Assembly: GCA_002726205.1 (NCBI GenBank)
Contig: PBSL01000050.1
Coordinates: 1 to 46,409 of the forward strand
DNA length: 46,409 nt
Reading direction: 5' to 3'
DNA from: Planctomycetaceae bacterium
GTDB lineage: Bacteria > Planctomycetota > Planctomycetia > Planctomycetales > Planctomycetaceae
Below the pieces are notes generated by a model that was not told the origin of the DNA, ran no database searches, and worked only from the letters and a program-made list of their open reading frames with translations. Below, one piece after another: positions 24,315-31,362 of this stretch (within the stretch, counting starts at the first letter, position 1; the number at the start of each line of letters is the position of its first letter). The position numbers and the translations under genes were made by a program.

Positions 24315-26210
24315 ATGATCCTGCTTTCCGCCCGTGATCTCACACGCCAATTCGACACCGATCCGGTTTTCAGCGGACTGGGAATGGAAATCCGCCGCGG
24401 CGATCACGCCGGGCTGGTTGGTCCCAACGGCAGCGGAAAGACCACGCTGCTGAATATTCTTGCCGGCCTCGACGATCCGGACACCGGTGTCGTCGAGTCG
24501 CCCAAGGCGATCCGGATCGCGTTACTCGAGCAACAGCCAGAAATCGTTCCCGGGCGGACCCTCTGGGAGGAGGCCGCGCTGGGACTCGACTGGCTGTACG
24601 CACTTCAGCGGGAAGCCGAGTCACTGGCCGCACGAATGAGCGAACAGGAAGACGCCAGGTCGATCCTGAAACGCTACGACACGGTCCACGCCATTCTCCA
24701 ACAGCACGGAGCGTTTCAACTGGATCATCGGGTCGCCGAAGTACTCGAGGGCCTGGGATTTGCCCCCGACGAGTTTTCTCGTGACCTGTCGACGTTCAGC
24801 GGAGGTGAACAGGCCCGCGCATCGCTGTCCCGCCTGCTGCTGAGCGAGCCCGACCTGATGCTGCTCGACGAACCCACCAATCACCTCGACATCACCGCGA
24901 CCGAGTGGCTGGAGAACCACCTCTCCCGGGCCCGACCGGCATTGCTGGTGGTCAGCCACGATCGTTTCTTTCTCGACAAGGTGGTCAACCGCGTGTTCGA
25001 ACTGCGACCGGATCGACTCGATTCCTACCCCGGCAACTTTTCGGCCTACCGTCGGCAACGCGCCGAACGGCAGCAGAGATTGCAGAAGCAGGCACATCGA
25101 CAACAGGAGTTCATCAGCGAGACGAAGGACTTCATCCGTCGCAACCAGTACGGACAAAAACACAAGCAGGCAGCCGACCGCGTCCGGAAACTCGAACGGG
25201 TCGAGGAGATCGATCAACTCGATGACTTCTCGGTGCCGCCGATGACCTTCGGAGAACCCGGCCGCAGTGGCGATCTCGTCCTCGAGGCAGTCGAAATCGC
25301 CAAGGGATTCGACAAGCCGCTGTTTTCGGACCTGACGCTGAGAATAGAACGAGGTCAACGGCTCGGAATTCTTGGTCCCAACGGCAGTGGCAAGACCACG
25401 CTGCTGAAGGCACTGATCGGGGAACTCGAAATCGACAAGGGCAGCGTCCGTTTTGGCACCGGCGTCGAACTCGCCTACTTCGACCAGGGCCTGGCCGGAA
25501 TTTCAGCCCGCAGCGACCTCGTCGAAGCCGTTCGACCGCCGGGCAATCCCGACATCACGCCCGGGCACCTCCGCAGCCTGCTGGCCCGTTTCGGGCTTCG
25601 TGGCGACATTGTCCTGCAGGCCTTCGGCAATTGCAGCGGCGGGGAACGCAGCAAAACCGCGCTGGCGAAACTGGCGGCACTCAACGCCAACCTGCTGGTT
25701 CTCGATGAACCCACCAACCATCTCGACATCTGGGCCTGCGACGGACTCGAAGCCGCGTTGAACGAGTTTCCGGGGACCGTCCTGTTCGTGACCCACGATC
25801 GCTACTTCATCGATCAGGTCGCGACCCAGGTCCTGGTCATCGAGCCCCAATGTTGCCGCCTGTTCGACGGCAACTACTCGAAGTTTCTCTCCTTCCGCGA
25901 GAACAACGTCTCGCCGAAAAACAGGCCCATCGCACCAACCGACCGACCGAAACCGACAACCGCAGCGGCGAAATCCGACGAGTCCGCACCCGACCGCAAA
26001 CGCGTCTTCCCCTACCGCAAGGTCGTCGATCTCGAACAGGACATCGCCGAGGCCGAGGCCAGGAAATCTCGGCTCGAAGAGGAACTCTCCGACCCCACCG
26101 TCCACCGCGACGGCGACCGCCTGCAACAGGTCAGTCGCGATTACGACGTGGTGCAGGATGAACTGGTCATGCTGCTGGCCCACTGGGAAGAGGCCATCGA
26201 GTTGAACTGA
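24315..26210 (+). CDS. ABC-F family ATPase (two ABC domains, Uup/EttA-like; no TM domain)
   Basis: Two Walker A sites (GPNGSGKTTLLNILAG; GPNGSGKTTLLKALIG). Two signature motifs (LSGGEQARASL; CSGGERSKTALA). Inter-domain linker and C-terminal coiled-coil tail typical of ABC-F. Confidence 0.9.
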   Translation: MILLSARDLTRQFDTDPVFSGLGMEIRRGDHAGLVGPNGSGKTTLLNILAGLDDPDTGVVESPKAIRIALLEQQPEIVPGRTLWEEAALGLDWLYALQREAESLAARMSEQEDARSILKRYDTVHAILQQHGAFQLDHRVAEVLEGLGFAPDEFSRDLSTFSGGEQARASLSRLLLSEPDLMLLDEPTNHLDITATEWLENHLSRARPALLVVSHDRFFLDKVVNRVFELRPDRLDSYPGNFSAYRRQRAERQQRLQKQAHRQQEFISETKDFIRRNQYGQKHKQAADRVRKLERVEEIDQLDDFSVPPMTFGEPGRSGDLVLEAVEIAKGFDKPLFSDLTLRIERGQRLGILGPNGSGKTTLLKALIGELEIDKGSVRFGTGVELAYFDQGLAGISARSDLVEAVRPPGNPDITPGHLRSLLARFGLRGDIVLQAFGNCSGGERSKTALAKLAALNANLLVLDEPTNHLDIWACDGLEAALNEFPGTVLFVTHDRYFIDQVATQVLVIEPQCCRLFDGNYSKFLSFRENNVSPKNRPIAPTDRPKPTTAAAKSDESAPDRKRVFPYRKVVDLEQDIAEAEARKSRLEEELSDPTVHRDGDRLQQVSRDYDVVQDELVMLLAHWEEAIELN

Positions 26211-26229
26211 CGTTTGCTGGAGCCGCCGA

Positions 26230-27171
26230 TCACATGTCCTGCAACCGCCCGACCAGTTCGGCAACATCCTCTTCGCCGCTCACCGGCACCTCGTCACACT
26301 CCTCGAGATTCCTGAACCACGTGGTTTGTTTTCTCGCGAAGCGGCGGGTGTGTCGCTGGATCGTGTCGATCGCCTCTGCCAGCGTCATTCGTCCCTCGAG
26401 ATGGTCGATGATCTCCTTGTATCCCAACGCCTGCCGGGCAGTCCGTCCCGGCGGTGGATCCTCGGCCAGCAGGTCTTTCACCTCCTCGACCAACCCGTCC
26501 TCACACATCCGCACGACCCGGGCATCGATCCTCGCGTACAGCCAGTCCCTGGGTGGCGACAACCACAACACTCGTCGCGGCCGCGTCTCGCGCGGCCCGG
26601 GTCCCTCGTCCTGCTGCTCCGACAGTGGCCGCCCGGTCAATGCATGAACCTCCAGTGCTCGCACGAGCCGACGGGTGTCGTTGGGATGCAGTCTCGCGGC
26701 ACTGACCGGATCGACCTGTTGCAGTTGAGACCACAACCAGCCTGCTTCCTGTCCCGCGGCATCGGCAGCCAGTTGTTCCCGCAGCGGCCAATCGGCCGCG
26801 GGACCGTCAAAGACGCCTCGCAGCACTCCCCGCAGGTACAACCCGGTCCCACCGACGAAGATCGGCACACGATCGGCTCCGACGATCGTGGCACACACTT
26901 TCGACGACGCCACGACATAATCGGCCAGGCTGTATTCCTGGTGGGGAGCAATCACGTCCAGGAGATGGTGGCGAACGCGCTGTTGCTGCTCGCTGGTCGG
27001 CTTGGCCGTGCCGATGTCCATGCCGCGATAAAGCGACATCGAATCCATCGCCACGATCTCACCCCCAATCCGTTCGGCCCATTCCAGGGCCAACTGCGTC
27101 TTGCCACAGGCGGTCGGGCCGGCCAACACCAGACACCGCGACAACAGGCTCGGATCAATTCGACTCGTCAT
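26230..27171 (-). CDS. miaA: tRNA dimethylallyltransferase
   Basis: P-loop LVLAGPTACGKTQLALEWA and MiaA-family blocks (AMDSMSLYRGMDIGTAKPT; HHLLD). The start is chosen at MTSRID (ATG 27169-27171). Longer in-frame alternatives exist at 27219 and 27252. Confidence 0.85.
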   Translation of the reverse strand: MTSRIDPSLLSRCLVLAGPTACGKTQLALEWAERIGGEIVAMDSMSLYRGMDIGTAKPTSEQQQRVRHHLLDVIAPHQEYSLADYVVASSKVCATIVGADRVPIFVGGTGLYLRGVLRGVFDGPAADWPLREQLAADAAGQEAGWLWSQLQQVDPVSAARLHPNDTRRLVRALEVHALTGRPLSEQQDEGPGPRETRPRRVLWLSPPRDWLYARIDARVVRMCEDGLVEEVKDLLAEDPPPGRTARQALGYKEIIDHLEGRMTLAEAIDTIQRHTRRFARKQTTWFRNLEECDEVPVSGEEDVAELVGRLQDM

Positions 27172-27294
27172 GACGCGAAACGGATCACCATCGCCTTTCG
27201 TCGGGCCGGGGTTCCTCATACCATGATCGCAGCCTCGCGACCGGTTGAACACCGGTCCGGATCACCCGCCCCCCCAGAACACGGACGCACCAGC

Positions 27295-27744
27295 ATGGCC
27301 GACTTCCAGGCCGAGGTTGCACTCTGTTGCACCGCCGAGGAGCTGTTCGATTTTCTTGTCCATCCCGCGAATCTTCCCAAGATCATGCCGACCGAAACAC
27401 CGCTGGAAGTCATCGAGGCGCCAGAACGACTCGAGGCCGGCAGCCTGTTGACCGTTGACCTGGACGGATTCGGCCCGACCCAGAGACTGACCTATGAGGT
27501 CACGTCGTTTGACCCTCCCCACTCATTCTCCGAAACGATGGTCAAGGGACCGCTGGGAGCCTGGCAACACCACCGCACGATCACCGATGGCGGTGGCATG
27601 GTCGAACTGGTCGAGAAAATCACCTTCGAACCGCCCACGGGATTGGCCGGCCTGTTACTGACCGAATCCCGGATCGAAGCCTCACTGAAGAGCAGTTTTG
27701 GTCACCGGCATCGCCGACTCCGGGAATTGCTGGAAGCCTCCTGA
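27295..27744 (+). CDS. SRPBCC (START/Bet v1/polyketide-cyclase-like) family protein (149 aa)
   Basis: MADFQAEVALCCTAEELFDFLVHPANLPKIMP... has the SRPBCC size and pattern. It is the only credible part of the 472-aa track ORF 26326-27744, whose N-terminal 320 aa are antisense to miaA. Confidence 0.65.
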   Translation: MADFQAEVALCCTAEELFDFLVHPANLPKIMPTETPLEVIEAPERLEAGSLLTVDLDGFGPTQRLTYEVTSFDPPHSFSETMVKGPLGAWQHHRTITDGGGMVELVEKITFEPPTGLAGLLLTESRIEASLKSSFGHRHRRLRELLEAS

Positions 27745-28043
27745 TGACCGATGTTCCCCCGTCACGCCAGCACGACAAACGAGCCCGCGATGTGGCCACA
27801 CTGGTGGCACTGGCCGGCCTTGTGTTGCTTGCTTGCGGGCTGCTGGCACTGCTGGCCCTGGTCCTGCAGCAATTGTTCGTCTTGGCAATCGTGGTGTTCG
27901 TGGTCGCTTTCGGCCTGTACCTGGGTTTGCACTACGTCCTCTGGGGACGAGGACTCAGCCAACGGATCCAGGAACATCCCGATTCAAGTCGCCCCGACGT
28001 GGAGCCGGCCCCGGAAACTCTCCCCGTGGCCGACAACGACTAA
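27744..28043 (+). CDS. Small membrane protein (99 aa, 2 TM helices)
   Basis: ATGA overlap with the SRPBCC stop. Two strongly hydrophobic helices (VATLVALAGLVLLACGLLALLALVL; FVLAIVVFVVAFGLYLGLHYVLW). Confidence 0.55.
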   Translation: MTDVPPSRQHDKRARDVATLVALAGLVLLACGLLALLALVLQQLFVLAIVVFVVAFGLYLGLHYVLWGRGLSQRIQEHPDSSRPDVEPAPETLPVADND

Positions 28044-28209
28044 CTGCCGTCGCCAACGAGCGGGAAAAAGTTTTCCTTTTCTTCCCGGATGGGGTGTAAA
28101 GCACTTGTGCCCCCTCCCCTGGCCGCGCTAGGGTCGTGCGTATCGGCACCGGGAAGACCCGGACAACAACGCGGGCCACGAAACCCCAGAATGGAGAAAG
28201 GGGGCTGAG

Positions 28210-29199
28210 ATGGCCTGTCTCGCCAGTACGAGAAAACGAACCCAGGGCAGGTGGATCGCCGCGCCAGGATGGCTGAAGACCAACCGACGACCCAGTCGTC
28301 GCCGGAGCCAAGGTGTTTCTTTCGGCGAATCACTTGAACCGCGAACGCTGCTTTCGGTGGTGGCCGCCGCCGCATGGGGGTCATTCGATCCCGCGCCGGC
28401 CCGACAGGTCCCGCACCAGCAGCCAGCCGGTCGAACCTCCGGAAACCAACACTCCGCTACCGGTCAACGGCAGGACCAGCACCATGTCGAGGTCCTGGTT
28501 TTCATCGATTCGGGACGGTTCAACACCGGGCATGCCGACGTCGCGCTGGTCGATGGTGACACGACAACCGTCTATGGCCAACACCGCAGCGGGCACGGCA
28601 ACGGAGGATTCCGCGACTCGACCTTCAAACGCCGGTCGCTTGCTGCCTACCTCGAAGACGAGGCCCCGGGGGGCCACCGGGTTTACGTGTCGAGTATCCC
28701 GGTCACCGAGCAGCAGTTCAACCAGATCCGGGCCTACCTCGACCACCAGTGGCAAAACGACGTCGACTACAACCTGTTCGATGACAACTGTTCACAGAAC
28801 GTCGCTTTCGTTCTGAAACAATGGAACCTGCTGAGCAACTGGAAGGGCGAGGGCAACGTGATCAACGATGACGCGTTTCAACTGCCCGAAGCAGACCTCT
28901 ACAACGACTGGCTGAAGACCGACAAGGCGTGGTCTCACCAGGCCCCCGGCTACCTGGCCCCTACTCTCGATGGCATGTCGCTGTTCGACTCGGTGCAGGA
29001 GACGCTGCCGAAGGGAATCACACCGAGTCCCTCGACAGGATCAGGGTCGAGTTTCGGAGCTGGCAACGGTTCAGGAAACCGTGGTCGCATCTCGTCCTCG
29101 ATCCCCGACGATGAGGGCGATCGCCACGGGCGGATGCAATGGGACGCCGATGCATCGCCTGCCGGGAGCCTGCGGCAACGTTCGGGGAGCGTTCCCTGA
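28210..29199 (+). CDS. Secreted protein with planctomycete N-terminal LEPRxLLS motif and a permuted-papain (PPPDE/DUF862-like) putative peptidase core; Gly/Ser-rich C-terminal tail
   Basis: N-terminus ...FGESLEPRTLLSVVAAAAW. Conserved His region (HADVALVDGD..GQHRSGHG) followed by YNLFDDNCSQNVAFVL (PPPDE-type Y-N-L-x-x-N-C motif). Strong SD (GAAAGGGGG) upstream. Confidence 0.6.
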   Translation: MACLASTRKRTQGRWIAAPGWLKTNRRPSRRRSQGVSFGESLEPRTLLSVVAAAAWGSFDPAPARQVPHQQPAGRTSGNQHSATGQRQDQHHVEVLVFIDSGRFNTGHADVALVDGDTTTVYGQHRSGHGNGGFRDSTFKRRSLAAYLEDEAPGGHRVYVSSIPVTEQQFNQIRAYLDHQWQNDVDYNLFDDNCSQNVAFVLKQWNLLSNWKGEGNVINDDAFQLPEADLYNDWLKTDKAWSHQAPGYLAPTLDGMSLFDSVQETLPKGITPSPSTGSGSSFGAGNGSGNRGRISSSIPDDEGDRHGRMQWDADASPAGSLRQRSGSVP

Positions 29200-29412
29200 T
29201 TGCACCGGCACCGTTTTGGGTGTGGCTGTCGGGACGGGGCTGGAGGCTGGAGGATCCCCCGGCGGCCGGTGGCCGGTTGAAGGACCGTCCCGGTTCACGC
29301 GGCCTGTTCATCGATGACCCCGACAGCCCACCCAACTCCAACGCGAACAGCCCGGCGGATCCAGACGATCCACCGGGCTGTTCGACGTTTGGTCCAGGGA
29401 CCAGGCCGTCAG

Positions 29413-29919
29413 TTAGGCGTCGGCCTTCTTCTTTTTCTTCTTCTTTTTGCCCTTCTTCTTGGGCAGCTTGGCCTTCTGCTCGGCGGTCAGGATCTCGACG
29501 AACTTGGCCCGCGCAGCCTTCTGGACTGTCTGCCGCTCCTTGCTCAGTTCCTTCATCTTCGTCTTCTGATCAGCACTGAGATTCAGGGCTGTGGCGATCG
29601 CGGCGCGAGCCGCCTTGCCCTTCAGGCCGTCAGCCTTGGCCTTCTTGGCCGCCGCACTGCGGGCCTTCCTCTGCTCGGGCGTGATCACCGTGTTGATCTT
29701 CTTCTGGACGGCGGCCAACTGCGGGCCGAATTCCTTGTTGATCGCAGCCACCTGCTTCTTCTGCTCGGCCGTCAGTTCGATCCCCTTGGGAACCTTGACG
29801 GCGGTGGGCGTCCTGCGACCCTTCTTCTTCTTTTTCTTCTTCTTGTCGGCCGCGAGCGCCGGCGTGGCAATCAGCACGGCCAGCGTCAGGACCAGCAGTC
29901 CCTTCATGGCATGTCTCAT
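29413..29919 (-). CDS. Periplasmic LTXXQ-motif (Spy/CpxP-like) protein flanked by poly-lysine tracts
   Basis: Signal peptide MRHAMKGLLVLTLAVLIATPALA. Four LTXXQ-like motifs (LTAEQKK, ITPEQRK, LSADQKT, LTAEQKA). K8 and K11 runs at both ends. AGGA 6 nt upstream of the ATG at 29919. The longer track start at 29970 is less likely. Confidence 0.65.
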   Translation of the reverse strand: MRHAMKGLLVLTLAVLIATPALAADKKKKKKKKGRRTPTAVKVPKGIELTAEQKKQVAAINKEFGPQLAAVQKKINTVITPEQRKARSAAAKKAKADGLKGKAARAAIATALNLSADQKTKMKELSKERQTVQKAARAKFVEILTAEQKAKLPKKKGKKKKKKKKADA

Positions 29920-29977
29920 CGGTTGTCCTCTCATAGAAAAAAAACTCGTTGAAATTGCTGCCGACCACATGATCGGA

Positions 29978-31255
29978 TCAGCTAAAAAGTCCAGGAATCA
30001 CCGAGCCGTTGCGAACGATCATGATCGGCCGACCGGTCTTGGTGTGGTACTCGTGCGTGTGGTCAATCCCCAGGTTGTGATAGAACGACGCGGCGGCATC
30101 CGAGGGAGAAATCACCTCGCTGGCCGGCAGGGTTGCCTTCTCGTCGCTGGCACCGACCACCTGGCCGCCCTTCACACCACCACCGGCCATCAGCATGGTC
30201 ATGCAGCGGGGATAGTGGTCACGACCGCCCGGGGTGCTGCGGCTGTTGATCTTCGGAGTCCGACCGAATTCACCAGTCACGAAGACCGCGGTCGACTTCA
30301 GCAGGCCACGTTGGTCGAGGTCGGTCAACAGGGCCGCCAGCGCCTGGTCCAGTGGCGGCAGCAGACGATCCTTCAGTTTCGGGAAGTTGTCCCGGTGAGT
30401 GTCCCAACCACCGGTCGAGACCGTGACGAAGCGAATGCCGCTCTCGACCAACCGGGTCGCCAACAGGCAACTCTGACCAAACGACGACTCACCGTATTCT
30501 TCGGCCCTCGCGGCGGGTTCCTTGCTGAGGTCAAATGCCTCACGAGCCGCCTTCGAGGTGATCATCGCGTGGGCCTGGCGGCTGAAGCTGTCCAGACCAT
30601 CCAGCAACTGGCTGTCCTTCTCCAGGCCGGCAAATGTCCGGTCGAGATCCTTGAGCAGGTTCTGTCGTTTTTCGACGTCGCTGATCGTCAGTCCGTTGGC
30701 CAGGGCCATGCCGCGAACCGAGAACGGTCGTCCCTTCTGGGGTGTGGCCCCGGTGTTCAGCGGAGCGTACTTGACGCCCAGGAATCCCGGCTTCTGCCGC
30801 GTGTTGGGAATCGCCACGAACTGGGGCAACTCCCTGTCACCTGGCAGTTCCTTGCTGATCACCGAACCATAGCCGGGGTATTCCAGCGACGGCAATGGCC
30901 GTGAACCGGTGTTGATGTAGGACTGGCCGAGGGCATGGGCTCCCAGGGTGTGGCTGACGCCACGCAGGATCGCGTACTTGTCAGCACACTGTGCCAGTTT
31001 CGGCATGTGCTCGCAGATCTCGACTCCCGAGACGTTGGTCTGGATCGGATCAAACAGCCCCCGGTACTCCGTCGGAGCATTCGGCTTCAGGTCGAAGGTG
31101 TCCATATGCGAGGGACCACCGGGCAGGTTGACGAAGATCGCCGAGGTCGCCCGGCCAGGCTCCACTGCGCCGGCCGCGGCCAGTTCCCGGTACCCGGCCA
31201 GTCCCAGGCCGGCAACTCCCAGTGAACCAACCTTGATGAAGTCGCGCCGTTTCAT
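29978..31255 (-). CDS. DUF1501 family protein with TAT signal (MKRRDFIKVGSLGVAGLGLAG...)
   Basis: RRDFIK twin-arginine motif. DUF1501 blocks (TGEFGRTP, MAGGGVKGGQVVGASD). The start is trimmed to the Met preceding the TAT motif. Alternatives are at 31282 and 31405. Confidence 0.85.
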   Translation of the reverse strand: MKRRDFIKVGSLGVAGLGLAGYRELAAAGAVEPGRATSAIFVNLPGGPSHMDTFDLKPNAPTEYRGLFDPIQTNVSGVEICEHMPKLAQCADKYAILRGVSHTLGAHALGQSYINTGSRPLPSLEYPGYGSVISKELPGDRELPQFVAIPNTRQKPGFLGVKYAPLNTGATPQKGRPFSVRGMALANGLTISDVEKRQNLLKDLDRTFAGLEKDSQLLDGLDSFSRQAHAMITSKAAREAFDLSKEPAARAEEYGESSFGQSCLLATRLVESGIRFVTVSTGGWDTHRDNFPKLKDRLLPPLDQALAALLTDLDQRGLLKSTAVFVTGEFGRTPKINSRSTPGGRDHYPRCMTMLMAGGGVKGGQVVGASDEKATLPASEVISPSDAAASFYHNLGIDHTHEYHTKTGRPIMIVRNGSVIPGLFS

Positions 31256-31362
31256 CCCGTCACAGGTCTTGTGCAATGCCATCCGTTTCCATCCCTTCAA
31301 TCTCAAGAGCCCGTTGGCTTTCTGTTTCCATTCCAGACCGCAACCGCCATCGAGTACGACGA

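Noticed and set aside
26326-27744. 472-aa plus-strand ORF
   Set aside because: Its N-terminal ~320 aa are antisense to miaA and low-complexity. Only the C-terminal SRPBCC domain (from the ATG at 27295) is credible.
28064-28081. Possible rho-independent terminator after the small membrane gene (gaaaaag-ttttc-cttttc)
   Set aside because: The stem is only 5-6 A:T pairs and there is no downstream U-run, so it is too weak to call.
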